From contig OX597819.1 in NCBI GenBank assembly GCA_951406725.2, positions 58,528,001-58,592,000 of the forward strand: a stretch of DNA of 64,000 nt, read 5' to 3'. Source of the stretch: Octopus vulgaris. Taxonomy: Eukaryota. The notes under the pieces are model-generated. The model ran no database searches. It saw only the letters and a list, made by a program, of their open reading frames with translations, and had not been told where the DNA came from. The translations under genes were made by a program, and so were the position numbers. Below are positions 39,708-54,164 of this stretch, one piece after another. Every line of letters starts with the position of its first letter. The stretch's first letter is position 1.

Positions 39708-40574
39708 GTACATACATATATACACGTACGTGTGTGTACATATACACATATATACATACGTGTACATATATTTATACATACACGCACTTTGTGAGATGTA
39801 ATAAATACTGGTGCCAGGCGCAACTAGTCGATAACAACGAAATTCACTATAAAGTAGCTTTACTTTCACATGCGGGAGGAACGGCGCAAGAAAGAACAGC
39901 TGTCCTATATACCTTAACTGCCGCAGCAGCTACAATCACCACCACCACCACCGCAATCGGCAGCAGCTTCTTAACCAACAGACCCAGCACCACCACCATG
40001 AATGGCACCACCAAACACCACCACCACCCCTTGTATCCCACCTCTCTTTCTTACTCTCCCCTCTCCTATCTCTCTCTTTCACTTACTTTCTCTTCCATGC
40101 CCTCACCACTATCACCACCACCACCACCACCGCCACTACACTTAAAGAGAAACTGTCTCATAATTCTCTCTGAGTGCTTTTTAGCCAAACTCCACCCTTC
40201 TCTCTTTTCCGTTTTTTTTTTTTTTATTTCTAGCCGAGTCGCGGAATTTGTGGCGTATGTCTTATAAAGGATGTGTTGATTTTTGCATTGTAAGACATGT
40301 CTGTACCAGTATGTGTGAGTGTATGAAAATGCGTGTGTGTGTGTGTGTGTGTGTTGTGTTGGATGTGTGAGAGTAAAGATGTGTGTGTATGTGTGTCGTT
40401 TGTATGTAATGTGTGTTCTGTACACGTACACACGTATACTATTCCCGTATATATGCTATTCACACACATGCACAATTTCTAACGCCTACACACACACACA
40501 CACACACACAAACTCACACACAAACACACACACACAAACACGCGTGCGCGCATATTTAGTAGTGACATTTTTAT

Positions 40575-41120
40575 AATCATCATCACCATCATCATCGTTG
40601 TCATCATCATCATTGTCATCGCCGTCGTCATCTTTATCGTCGTCGTCATCGTCATCATCATCATCATCATCATCATTATCCTTCAACATCATTGTCGTGT
40701 TATCATCACCATCATCATTATCGTCGTCGTCGCCATCATCATTATCATCATTACCGTTTTCATCATCATCATCATCATCTTCATCTTCCTTCTCATGGTC
40801 CTTGTCACCATCCTCATCTTTGCACATCTTCATTGTCATCAGCATCATCATCCTTAGCGTCGTTGTCATCATCTTTATCGCTGCATATCGCCATTGTCAT
40901 CGTCATCATCGTCGTTATCATTACCGTTATCAGCATCGCCATCGTCGTCCTCCTCTTCTTCTTCTTCTTCTTCTTCTTCTTCTTCTTCTTCTTCTTCTTC
41001 ACATAATCTCCATCATCATTGTCATCATCATCCCCACTACAACCACCATCATCATCAGTATCATTATCGTTTAAATCATCAGCAGCAGCAGCACGAGCAG
41101 CATCAGAGCCAGCATCATCG
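40575..41120. repeat. Low-complexity (CAT/CGT/CTT)n block
   Basis: Directly visible. Confidence 0.9.
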
Positions 41121-41272
41121 ATCAACTCATATATATTTGTATCTATTGGAGAACAATAAAACTAAACAAAAACAAGAATAATAAAAACTAGAGTAAAACA
41201 TTGGAATATCAGATTAGTCTCCCTTTATGTAATTTGGATGATGATGACGATAACGACGACGACGACGACGAC

Positions 41273-41304
<32 letters not shown>

Positions 41305-41361
41305 CGATTACGGCAACTATAATGATGATGCTGACAGAAGAAAACCATTAATATTATTATT

Positions 41362-41884
41362 GAGTGAGAGAGCAGTGCCATGCCATCAAAGTGACACTGG
41401 GGTATAAATATACGAAGCCCAATATACCCATACTGACTACCCGTCTGATAAGGGTGCACCAGGCACATGCATCACAACCATATGTGCGCGACATGGTGAA
41501 CTCATATCAAGATAAACTCCTTGCAGGTGGGGCCCAGTTAGAATTTTCCTCAGGACTAGTAGCCCATCCCGTTCAAAAGGTCCCTGAATAAGGGTTGTTT
41601 AAGGATGTTGATCAAAACATCCCTAAAGAATTCCTATCAACACATGGCTATGATGCTCCCCCACTACTTCTGCTCGTGATCAGAGATGCACATATCGTCA
41701 GCCACTAAGGGACAAGTTCAACTGGTTAAGGTCAAACAACTGACAAGCAAATCTGTGGTATTGAGCAGAATATTTGCTGTAAAACCCATCTTTTATACCA
41801 AGACAAAACAATGTACATGATAACACTTCCAATCAGTTAAGATCAGAAGCCATGAGAGCCACAGCCTGGTACTGCATCAGGGCA
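41362..41884. mobile_element. Unclassified interspersed repeat of about 500 bp, copy 2
   Basis: Colinear with 4163-4650. Confidence 0.8.
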
Positions 41885-42009
41885 TTATTTGTTGGAGAAT
41901 TTTTTATTGTTTACACACGGAAAACCCTTTGTATTGTCTTGTGTTGTCTTTTATGTTGTTGCATGTCTTTTTATGTATATTTATATTAGCCATTGTAGTC
42001 AATAAAAGA

Positions 42010-42069
<60 letters not shown>

Positions 42070-42762
42070 CATCATCATTATTATCATCATCATCATCATC
42101 ATCATCATCATTATTCGAAATCTGTTACATGCTCATTTAATCAACAGGGATGCTAACCTGAGGTTTGGTGACAACTCATTGCAAATCTCAGTAATCTCTC
42201 TTACGATTGTTACACAATATAGGGTGACAATTTCTTTCCGGCCAACAATACGAGTCCGAATGTCTATATCCTTCCGCCACTCAAGGAGTTTGAGTGTTTG
42301 TCGAGTGCACCGGTTGCCACAGGAACAACTACCTCTTTGGTGTTCCACGATCTCTTCATCTGTCTTGCTAGATCCTAATATTCATTATCATTATTGTTAT
42401 TATTGTACTTGTGCTGCAGGAGTGGTTGTGTGGCAAGAAGTTTGCTTCCCAACCACATGTTTCCGGGTTCAGTCCCACTGTGATTAGATTTTTGGATCGA
42501 TCCAATACCGAACTAGGAATCTGGATTATATTTCCTGCTTTTTACTTAATATTTGAGAGCAGTCGGGTTCATTTTTAGTAATCTCGTTTGTGAGAGAAGT
42601 CGAGTTTATTTCAGATATTCTCATTTTATAAATCATCTCTGGCTAATCGCTGAGAGGACGTTGGTGTTGCCTTGGCGGAGGTTTGCTCTCTCTGAGTGCT
42701 CTTGTTATTATTATTACTGAGCTTCAACCAAATTTTGAAAGAATCAGTCTCATTTTATTGAG

Positions 42763-43380
42763 GCTGGCCGAAACGTTAGCGCGCCGGGCAAAATGCTTAG
42801 CGGTGTTTCGTCTGCCGTTACGTTCTGAGTTCAAATTCCGCCGAGGTCGACTTTGCCTTTCATACTTTCGGGGTCGATAAATTAAGTACCTGTTATGCTC
42901 TGGGGTCGATATAATCGATTTAATCCATGTTTCTGTCCTTGTTAGTCCTCTCTGTGTGTAGCTGCTTGTGGGTAGTAAAGAAATAGGTATTTCGTCTGCC
43001 GCTACGTTCTGAGTTCAAATTATGCCGAGGTCGACTTTGCCTTTCATCCTTTGGGGATCGATTAAATAAGTACCAGTTACGCACTGGGGTCGATATAATC
43101 GACTTAATCTGTTTGTCTGTCCTTGTTTGTCCTCTCTGTGTTTAGCCCCTTGTTGGTAGTAAAGAAATAGGTATGTTGGCAGAATCCTTAACACACCGGA
43201 GAAAATGCTTAGCAGCGTTTCTTCCATCTCTATACGTTCTCAATTCGAGTGCCATCGAAGTTGACTTTGCCTTTCGTTCTTTCGAGGTCGGTACAATAAG
43301 TACCAGCTAAGTACTGAGATCGATGTGAATGACTTAATCCAGACCTTAAATTGCTGGCCTTGTACCAAAATTTTGAAGCC
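42763..43380 (+). mobile_element. Tandem SINE family 1 units
   Basis: Three successive cores. Confidence 0.85.
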
Positions 43381-43918
43381 ATTATTATCATACACCTGCA
43401 AAAAAGGAAATTAAAGAAGGGCTCTTGCCCTGTTGATCAGGCTACCGTGGATTTTGTGGGATTTTCTACGAGGACCTTAAAGCGCCTCCGTCTATTGGGA
43501 GTTTTATTTTGTTTCATTTTTCATTGTTTTTTTGTTTTTTTTTTGTTTTGTTTTTTTGTAAAGTTTACTCGATTCGAAAACCCATTGTATCGTTTTGTTA
43601 CATCGACACTGAGTCGATGTAATCGACTTCCCTTCCCCTCAAAATTGCTCTTTATGTCAAAATTAGAAAGAATCATCATCACCACCGCCACCACCATCAT
43701 TCTCCTCCACCCCCTCATCATCATCATCATCATTTTGAATTCGTTTGCTGAATGTATTCCTGCTCGCTCCCTAGATTTAGATTTTATTTACCAAGTGCAG
43801 CTAAAGAAAGACCATTTCGTTTTGAATAATTTACTTAGGCAAATTTTCTGGAACACTTGGGAAGCTTCAATCATCTATACTTCAGAAAGCAATTGTAAGA
43901 AGAAGAAAAAAAAACAAT

Positions 43919-44310
43919 AGGCGTAGGAGTGGCTGTGTGGTAAGTAGCTTGCTTACCAACCACATGGTTCCGGGTTCAGTCCCACTGCGTGGCACCTTGG
44001 GCAAGTGTCATCCACTATAGCCCCGGGACGACCAAAGCCTTGTGAGTGGATTTGGTAGACGGAAACTGAAAGAAGCCCGTCGTATGCATGTGTCTGTGGG
44101 TATTTGTGTGTCTGTGTTGGTCCCCCACCATCGCTTGACAACCGATGCTAGTGTGTTTACGTCCCTGTAACTTAGAGGTTCGGCAAAAGTGCCGATAGAA
44201 TAAGTACTAGGCTTCCAAACAATAAGTCCTGGGGTCGATTTCCTCGACTAAAGGCGGTGCTCCAACATGGTCACAGTCACATGACTAAAACAAGTAAAAG
44301 AGTAAAGAGT
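43919..44310 (+). mobile_element. SINE family 2, full length
   Basis: GGCGTAGGAGTGGCTGTGTGGTAAG head (A box), GGTTCAGTCCC (B box), GTAAAAGAG tail. Confidence 0.9.
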
Positions 44311-44528
44311 AGTTTATATGTAGAATACGTCCAGGACATCTTTGTAAACTCAAATTGCGCAGAATTGGTCCGGTATTTCTATAAAAAAACTGAGTGATAA
44401 TGATGTAAAATCATCTCCGTATGACATTTGAGCAAAATCTGTATCGAATCTGCATGAAGTCTATATTATATTTCAGCAAATTTCATGCTGTGAGGCATAG
44501 ATATTGTCTACGTTATATCAACAACGAA

Positions 44529-44707
44529 AGGCGCAGAAGTGGCTGTGTAGTAAGTAGCTTGCTTACCAACAACATGGTTTTGGGTTCAGTCCCACTGCGT
44601 GGCACCTTGAGCAAGTGTCTTCTACTATAGCCTCGGGCCAACCAAAGCCTTGTGAGTGGATTTGGTAGACGGAAACTGAAAAAAGCCCGTCGTATATATG
44701 TATATAA

Positions 44708-44744
<37 letters not shown>

Positions 44745-44925
44745 TGTGTGTCTGTGGTTGCCCCCCCCCCCCAACATCGCTTGACAACCGATGCTGGTGT
44801 GTTTACGTCCCCGTAACTTAGCGATTCGTCAAAAAGCGATCCATAGAATAAGAACTAGACTTACAAAGTTCTCGACTAAAAGGTGGTGCTCTAGCATGGC
44901 CGCAGTCAAATGACTGAAACAAGTG
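44529..44925 (+). mobile_element. SINE family 2, near full length
   Basis: Colinear with 43919-44310. Confidence 0.9.
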
Positions 44926-45103
44926 ACAAAAAAAAATTATTATAAAATCTACGCACAACGTTTGTATATTTACAAACTATTTGTAACATCTGCGCTCTAT
45001 CTTTGTGATATCTGTGCAAATTGTAAACATTTAATGTGATCAGTATGTATGCAGAATTTGTGTTTATTTGAAGAAATATGCATAATATTTGCGCACCAAA
45101 ATG

Positions 45104-46250
45104 TGGCGAGCTGACAGAATCGTTAGCACACCAGGCAAACGCTTAGTGTCATTTCGTCCGTCTTTACGTTCTGAGTTCAAACGCCACCGGGGTCGAATTT
45201 GCCTTTGATCCTTTCGAGGTCGATATAATAAATACCAGTTGAGCACTGGGATCGATGTAATCGACTTTTCCCTTCCCCTTAAAATTCATGGTCTTTACTA
45301 ATATTCGAAACAGCGATGAGCTGATAGAATTGTTAGCACACCGAGTTCAATGCTTAATACCATTTCGTCTGTCTTTATGACCTTAGCTGAAATTCTGCCG
45401 CGGTGATTTTGCCTTTCATTCTTTCGGGGTCGAAAAAATAAGTACCATTTGAGCACTGGTGTCGATGTAATCGACTTTCCCACCCTTAAAAATTACTGGC
45501 CTTGCTCCAAAATAAGAAAGGATTATCAGGCGTTTATTATCAAGCGTTCATAATTCTTTAGAGACGAGCAATGCCGCTGGTGATGGGACATTAACTTATT
45601 CATTCTATTGAAAGTTAATAATGAACAATAACGACGATGATCTTGGAAAAACTCGACGGAGAATAACTGAACTGTTTCTTCCAGTGGACATTCAATCCAC
45701 AAGCTAGGGACAATTTCCAGAAATCCCTGGTCTGATAGTATTATGGGACAGAGGGATTGAAGAGCCGGAGTATTTCTGTAGGCATGATGGAACTGTTAGC
45801 TCAACATGTTCAAGATGTGTGCAAAATGACGGCAACCGTTCTTCACTGACTCGTTCAGTATCCAAGCATTATTAAATACTTGATAAATCCGCTGAGGTCG
45901 ACTTTGCCTTTCATCCTTTCGGGATCAATAAATTAAGTACCAGTTGCATACTGGGGTCGATCTGACTGACTGGACTCCCCCTCCCCGAAAATGTTGGGCC
46001 TTGTGCCTAGAGTAGAAAAGAATTTTAATTTAAGGCGGCGAGCTGGCAGAATCGTTAGCACACCGGGCGAAATGCTTACCGGTATTTCGTCTGCCGCTAC
46101 GTTGTGAGTTCAAATTCCACCGAGGTTGGCTTTGCCTTTCATCCTGTCGGACTCGATAAATTAAGTACCAGTTGAGTACTGGGGTCAATGTAATCGATTG
46201 GCCCTTTCTCCTGAAATTTCAGGCCTTGTGTTTATCAGTAGAAAGGATTA
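45104..46250 (+). mobile_element. Cluster of four SINE family 1 copies
   Basis: Copies at about 45104-45290, 45314-45525, 45890-46020 and 46032-46250. Confidence 0.8.
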
Positions 46251-46909
46251 TTAAATACTTAAGGAGGCATTGTTGCGCGCAGGACCGATCCGACGAGTTT
46301 ATGCAGATCGCCTGGCTGCCTCCCTCTGACTGAGATGTACATAGACGTTTTTCTCTCTCTTGTGGTTTATAACGGAAGAAGTTATATGGAAAATAATTTT
46401 GAAAGGACTGAAAACAGATACTTCCTTCTCGCTGTGCCCTTATCAACTTCTTCAAATTCTATCTACAGAAAGAGGATGCTGAGAATACAGATGATGCTCC
46501 TGCCCTCCAGTCACTTTTCTGAGAGTGGCGAGTATGGCCCAAGTGAAGAGGACTATTTTCAGCACCAGTAGACTGGTGCACGCAGCTGCGAGAAGACTCT
46601 TTCCCTTGGTGCTCAGAGTAATACTAGATCTTTGGGATCTCACTTCCTTAAGGAACATCGTTTTTCATTCCATTTCTTTAATACTATCGATTTTCCTCTG
46701 TGCTGTTTGCATAATCCATTCTGTAAGCACCCACCCATTGTTGTAACTGTTTTTGCAATGTCACCACGATGTCACCACGAATGAAGAAATTATTTACGAT
46801 CCGCAGCAAACTGCAGTGAGAAGCCTTTACAGGTTCAAACGTCTCAAACATATTTGAGCTGATCTAAAGCTAGTTTAAAGAAATTGACATCATCATCAAC
46901 ATAACCAAC

Positions 46910-46970
<61 letters not shown>

Positions 46971-47482
46971 CATGCCACTAGTACTGTACAGTCGGTATAA
47001 TAGCACTGAAACTCCGTCAGTTACTACGGCGAGCATTCCACGTTATCTGAACGGTCTGTTTCTTGAAATTAACTGCAAGTGGCTGAGCACCCCGCAGACA
47101 CGGGTATCCTTAATGTAGTTTTCAGGGAGATGCAGCGTGACACAGAACGTGACGAGGCTGGCGCTTTGAAATACAAGTACAGCTCATTTCTGTCAGCTGA
47201 GGTGAAATAAAGTGCCTTGCTCAAGGTCACAATGCGCAGCCGGGAATCGAACTGACAACTTTACGATCGAGAGTCGAATACCCTAAACACAAAACCACGC
47301 GCCTTCAAGAAATAACTCTAATACAGTACGGTTAATTCAATGCCACAAGTACACTTAGGACAAAACCACCAGAACTGTATTGTATCACCTGTGCTGTACA
47401 GTCAGTACAATGACACTAACAGTACAGTTAGTATAATGCTAATAGCTCAGTACAAATCACCACTACAGTCAGTCTGAGACCC

Positions 47483-47797
47483 CATTCGGTCACGACACAG
47501 ACCATGGGATTGCACCTAGAAAGTTACCCTCCCAGGTACAAGTCTGGGCAAGGTTGTTTACAGAAGACCAGCAGTCGCCCATGCACACCGGCCTCCCCTC
47601 TCCACGCCACCAGTGTTATCCAAGGGAAAGGCAAAGGCCGATACAGCTTGGCACCTGTGACGTCGCAACTCATTTCTACAGCTGAATGAACTGGAGCAAC
47701 GTGAAATAAAGTGTCTTGCTCAAGAACACAACACGCAGCCCGGCTCACAACCTCACGAAAGTAAGTTCGGCGCTCTAACAACTGAGTCATGCGCCTT
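47483..47797 (-). mobile_element. tRNA-derived SINE family 4
   Basis: Minus strand AGGCGCATGACTCAGTTGTTAGAGCG...TTCTTGAGCAAGACACTTTATTTCACGTTGCTCCAG; related copies at about 55640-55760 (+) and 63840-64000 (-). Confidence 0.75.
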
Positions 47798-48077
47798 CAC
47801 AGTAGAGTCGGTATAATACCACCAATACAGTAAGTTTACTAGAATTAATCTAGTATTGAAGAGTGACTTTATTTCCCCCATAATAGTGCAATAACTGAAG
47901 TACAGTATCATTGGTACAGTAAGCTGGTTATACGCCAATTAGTTTCCTATGTCACTTCTATATTGTATAAGGCACAGACCCTATTTAAAAGAGAGATACT
48001 AAGGTAAAAGGACGGGATAATTTTGAGGATTAATTAGAAAGACAAACGAGACAGACAGACAGACGGAAGGACGAATG

Positions 48078-48171
<94 letters not shown>

Positions 48172-48185
48172 CAGATAGATAGAAA

Positions 48186-48414
48186 GCGGCGACATGGCAG
48201 AAACGTTAGCACGCCGGGCGAAATGCTTAGCGGTATTTCGTCTGCCGTTACGTTCTGAGTTCAAATTCTGCCGAGGTCGACTTTGCCTTTCAACCTTTCG
48301 GGGTCGATGAAATAAGTACCAGTTACGCACTGGGGTCGATGTGATCGACTTAATCTGTTTGTCTGTCCTTGTTTGTCCCCTCTATGTTTAGCCCCATGTG
48401 AGCAATAAAGAAAT

Positions 48415-48417
<3 letters not shown>
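48186..48417 (+). mobile_element. SINE family 1 inserted in a (GATA)n/(GACA)n array
   Basis: Full head, core and tail, flanked by GATA repeats spanning about 48050-48650. Confidence 0.9.
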
Positions 48418-48486
<69 letters not shown>

Positions 48487-48507
48487 TAGACAGACAGACA
48501 GACAGAC

Positions 48508-48651
<144 letters not shown>

Positions 48652-49582
48652 TGACAGATAAGCAGATATATTTTATTTCGCTTTAACATACAGAGGCAAG
48701 CAAAGTAATTTGGTTCCACTGTAAGTTCTTGTAAATGAGAACGGTTGAGAGAGAGATGGAAATATGTGAAAGGAAAGCGTAATAACGGTGGCGGTCGTAT
48801 TTCTTAGATAAATACCAATTTCTCGAAAATTAGTAATTTACAGATAAATAGTAATTTTCAGATAAGTTTGTAACGATATGAGTTATGAGATAATTATATT
48901 TCTTACAGAGATAAATTAATTATTAACGAAAAAGAGAGAGAGAGAGAAAAAAAAGCTAAATACGCGAGTTCTTGTGAAAACTTAAGATAACAACAACAAC
49001 AACAACAAGAATTAAATGCAAAAATGCTGTCAAAGCCCCTCCTTCTTTTAAACACAGAAAAATAAAACGTAAAGAATAAAAATAAACAAAAAGTTTTTTT
49101 AAACAGTAAAAAAAAACAAAAAAAAAAAAGGAGAAAATGATAGAAAAGCTAATTTTGTTTTCTGCGAAAGCTGCATGTTTAAGTTTTATAATTCAGATTT
49201 TATTTCACGAACTCAGCAAGGGCGAAGGCGGCGGCAAAATTAGGAAGAGAGAGAAAGAAAGAAAGAGGTAGACAGAGGAAGTGAGGGAGAGGCTGCAATA
49301 GCTGATTGTGTATTATTATATACTTGTGTGTATGTATGTGTATATATGTGTTTTCATTTATTTTAATGTACTTTTCTTTTCCTTCTCTGTCCGTTTGTTT
49401 GATATGTTTTTGTGTTTTATTATTTCATTTATTTGTTTCCCTCGTGCTTTCGTATTATCGTTTTCGATGGGAGGAGACAAAATCCGTAGAGAAACTGTCA
49501 GCCCACCGAAGGGAACTGCCCACAAACGCTATGAGGTAGGATGTCGTCAACCAAGAGCTGCGTCTGACCGAATCTCGGCTCT

Positions 49583-49697
49583 CTGATTGGACGAGCGGTT
49601 TATGCGGCAATATAAAACATCTCTGGCCGCCCCAAACGTGGTTGGCAAAAGCCTGTCTTGGCTTTTGAGTCCACGATTTACTGTTCTTTGTATAAAA
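49583..49697 (+). promoter_or_regulatory. Core/proximal promoter of the VWC gene
   Basis: Inverted CCAAT (CTGATTGG 49583-49590), TATAAAA 49611, GC box CCGCCC 49627-49632 and TATAAAA 49691-49697, the last 150 nt upstream of ATG 49841, in repeat-free sequence. Confidence 0.65.
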
Positions 49698-49840
49698 TCT
49701 AGGATACCTTGTGCTGTCTACCTCGCTGGTTGCAGCACAAGAGCAAATCCTTCGACAGTTTCCATCTGCATTTAAGTAAGGAAACTTATTCTGTCTAACC
49801 AGTTCCGTTATTCAGTCAGTGGATAACAAGCTCTCTAGTC

Positions 49841-49934
49841 ATGATGAGAACAGGTGCGTTACGATGGAGGATGTACTTCCTCGGGCTTCTTTTAGCTGTT
49901 TCTATGGTAATAGCTCAGGATGAACCCGCTGGTG
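49841..49934 (+). CDS. Exon 1 (signal peptide) of a secreted VWC-domain protein, probably a clade A fibrillar collagen alpha chain
   Basis: MMRTGALRWRMYFLGLLLAVSMVIA-QDEPAG: basic N-region, hydrophobic core and V-x-A cleavage site. Donor G|GTAAGT at 49935, phase 1, matching the next exon. Confidence 0.85.
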
Positions 49935-50474
49935 GTAAGTTTAAAACTATTTACCTTTAAATATTTATTTTAATATAAAAAAACATCAACAGTACTGGTT
50001 ATTCTAAATATTTCTCCGTTGCTGCGCTATTTCGGCTTAGTTTGCGCTTTGCGTTAGCTACTTCGGAAATATTTGCTCGATTTTCCTTCCTTAAAAAAAA
50101 AAAAAGAAATCGCTTTTTATACTTCGCTTTAATTACACTTTGTGTTTATCTTCCTTCTGTCTCTATATTCCATCAAATATTTAAACTCAGATAAACTTCT
50201 ATATCCATATAAATATATATACACACACACACACACTTACACTTGAAATACAGAAAAAAAAAAAAAAACAGATACATGTCTCTAAATAGTAAATATATAT
50301 ATATATTATTTGAATTTTTAATTGGGCGAAGTTACTTAGTGACTCAAGGGCCGACAGATTCATTCATAGCATTCTCAAACTTTGATAAAAGTCTGACAAG
50401 TGCCATGACTCGCTTTATAAACTTCTCTCAATTAAAAATAATAAAATATCTAGATTTATATTTTCCGATCTATT

Positions 50475-50536
<62 letters not shown>

Positions 50537-50680
50537 ATATGTATATATATATATCTATGCATGCATAACTCCGATTCCTGTCTCTGATATTCTCCTCTCT
50601 TAAAACTTGACAATTCCTCTCTGTTGCATACTCAAACATGCAATATTTTACGCATACACACTTGCACACATACATGCACG

Positions 50681-50713
<33 letters not shown>

Positions 50714-50764
50714 TGTTATTCAATTCGTATACTTGGACATGCATATATATATATAAATATATAT

Positions 50765-50838
<74 letters not shown>

Positions 50839-50957
50839 CGCATAAGAGCTTTTGAACTGTTTCATTAGAATAACCCTAAATTGCAAATACTGCACAATTT
50901 GATCTAATATGCATACACATGCACACTGCGCCCTCACACACACATATGCATACATGC

Positions 50958-50989
<32 letters not shown>

Positions 50990-51493
50990 ACACATACACA
51001 CATTCATATAGACAAACACATACACACATGTGTATGTATGTGTCAAAATGGTCCCTTTTTTTTGACAGTTTGATGCAACCACTAATAAATAAAAAAAAAA
51101 ATAGCATAAACAACATTAAGAAACAGACGAGCCACTTGGTGGTAGGTGGGTCTGAAATTTACCTCCAGCCCCAAAGCAGGGTTCTATGATCTTAAAAGGC
51201 AGAGTTCCACATTTGATAACGTAGTAGTTCTCCCTTATGCCCATGCCTTTTACAAATGTGGTTAGGAAGGAATGGTCCCGGCTGGGATATATTATGATCA
51301 TAATCCTACTTGATCAGGACCGACTTTGGAGAAACTAAACAACAATAGCAACAACAGCAAATGCATAATAAACACTCACACACACACACTTATAAGATAT
51401 ATATGTATATATATATATATATATTTATGTATATATATATCAAAATAACTCTTTACGGATTGCTGACATAAGAGCTTTTAACTTTTTCTTTTC

Positions 51494-51527
<34 letters not shown>

Positions 51528-51679
51528 GTTGTTGTTGTTGTTGTTTAATGATAATTTAAAAGAAAATATTCATCGTCATCATTAATTATCCTCACGAAGT
51601 CATCATTATGACACCACCATCATCAACGTCCTTAGTCAATAGTATAGGATTATGTATGTGCGTGAAGGAGTACGTACAT

Positions 51680-51740
<61 letters not shown>

Positions 51741-51941
51741 GACACAACACATACACACAAATAGCATAATTGTCATCATACACAATATACGTTAGGCCTG
51801 GGGCACCAACGTCTACCTAACAGTCAGCTCAGTTCTCGAAGAGACTTAAATAAATAATTGGTGCCCGGGAACTGAATTCGAACCTGTTGCTGACGTGAAG
51901 TCTTTGCCTTGAACACCAGATACACCAAGAAGACACTCTAC

Positions 51942-51983
<42 letters not shown>

Positions 51984-51991
51984 TATATCAC

Positions 51992-52032
<41 letters not shown>

Positions 52033-53621
52033 ATCATACACGCACATGTGCATGCTATCTATCTAAACAACTGGCTAGCAAAATTGGTTTCAATTTATTT
52101 CAATTTATAAGGCGGCAAGCTGGTAGAAACGTTAGCACACTGGGCGAAATGCTTTGCGGTATTTCGTCTGCTGCTACGTTCCGAGTTCAAATTCCGCGGG
52201 GTCGATTAAATAAGTACCAGTTACGCACTGGGGTCGATATAATCGGCTTAATCACTTTGTTTGTCCTCTCTGTGTTTAGTAAAGAAATAGGTATTTCGCT
52301 TGTGTTTACGTTGTGAGTTCAAATTCGGCCGAAATCGACTTAGCCTTTCATCCTTCGGAATCGATAAATTAAGTACCAGTTGCGTACTGGGGCTGATCTA
52401 ATCGACTGGCCCCTTTCTCCCAAAATTCGGGCCTTGTGCCTAGAGTAGTAAAGAATTTATTTCAATTTATAAAGTAACCTAAAAAATTACAAAGGCACCT
52501 GCTACAATAACAGTGAATCATGAAGATGATGGTGATGATGATGATGATGATGATGTTCATCATCATCAGCAGCAGCATGGTGGAGTTGGTGGCGATGCTG
52601 CTAGTTATGATAATGCTGGTTACCAAGTTTCTTCACAAACAAGCATTTTCATTCATACCGGCGCAGTCAATAGCGTCATCTTACCTTCGGCCTGTAATGT
52701 CACTCAGCCATCTCGGCTGTATGTGAAATTTCCAATAGCTTTGGGTGTACCCAAGCGTTGTGAGCGAAACTTATTGGTAGGAAACTATGGAAGCCTGTAA
52801 CGTAATGTCTACTTGTAACTCAAACAGTCAGCTTTCTCACAGATTGTATCATGCTAATCTGCCTACGGAATTACGTTAAGGTTGTACGCGTCTTGGAAAT
52901 ACGCACTCACTCATACACACACACACACACACACACATGTATGTATGTATATATATATATATATATGTATGTATGCTTTACACACACACACATATATATA
53001 TATATATATCATATGTGTGTGTGTATACATAGGTATCTATACAGACACACGCACATACAAATACACAACTATATATGTGTGTTTGTGTGTGTACGTGTGT
53101 TTATGGATGCTTATTATTTTTTAAAACGTAGCTTGCATACATTCCCCACATCATGCAGCTATCCAAACACGCACACACACAGACACACACACGCATACAT
53201 TCACACACAGCCTAGAAGGCATAGGTCGGTTGAGATGAGGTGACTGGCTGTTTTAATTTTGCAATGTTGTTCTTCCTGCTCTTCCATTGAAAATTAAAAT
53301 AAATTAGAATAAAACAAATGTTATAAACTCCGTCGATGCCACCTCAAAAGCATAAGAGCTGTTACCACAATATATCTAGGAATATGCCAAGAATAATGCA
53401 AAGATGCCGTTTTGGAGGCTGACACAAAAGTTACAATAGGAAGGCCATAAATTTTTGAATCTGTGGCCTTGGTGTTGTTGATAGAGGGTCTTAGATGTGG
53501 TGGCTGTAGTGGTGGTGGCTGTACTGGTGGTGGTGGCGGTGTTGTGGAGTTCTTAATTAATTAAGACAGTAGCTGGATTAGTGGTAGTTGTACTGAATAC
53601 TACTACTACTACTACTACTAC

Positions 53622-53670
<49 letters not shown>

Positions 53671-54102
53671 TGTGGATGTAGTGTCGGTGGATGTAGTGTT
53701 GGTGGTGTTAGTTCTTGTGGTGGTGGCGGTTCTAGGATTTGTAACGACATGGGTGCTGGGACTGAGAGAGACAGACAGACAGACAGAGGTGATGATGAAG
53801 AAGATGATGATGAGGATGATGATGACATTAAAAAAAGCAAACCTCAGCAAGACCGAGAAAATGACGAAAAAAAGAAGGAAAGAAGAAAAGTAGGTGGTGG
53901 TGGTGGTGGTGGTGGTGGTGGTGAATAAAGGGAGAAGGCGAGGCATCAGCTATAGCAACGAGTGGCAGTGGGAGAGTGATAGCAATGGTGGTGGTGGTGG
54001 TAGTGGTAGTGGTGGTGGTGGTGTGGCTGCTGCTTTCTTATGGATGGAAGGAGGAAATACATTAATAAAAAAATAAAAAAATTAGCCAAGTCAGCAGAAC
54101 TT

Positions 54103-54164
<62 letters not shown>

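Noticed and set aside
39557-41468. Long poly-Asp/Ser/His ORFs
   Set aside because: Trinucleotide low-complexity DNA open in several frames; no splice or domain support.
43919-43995. tRNA genes at SINE heads
   Set aside because: A/B boxes continue into SINE bodies and no complete cloverleaf is evident.
46260-46850. Gypsy integrase remnant on the minus strand
   Set aside because: Only faint resemblance (NNG..E..MQTAQR); too decayed to call.
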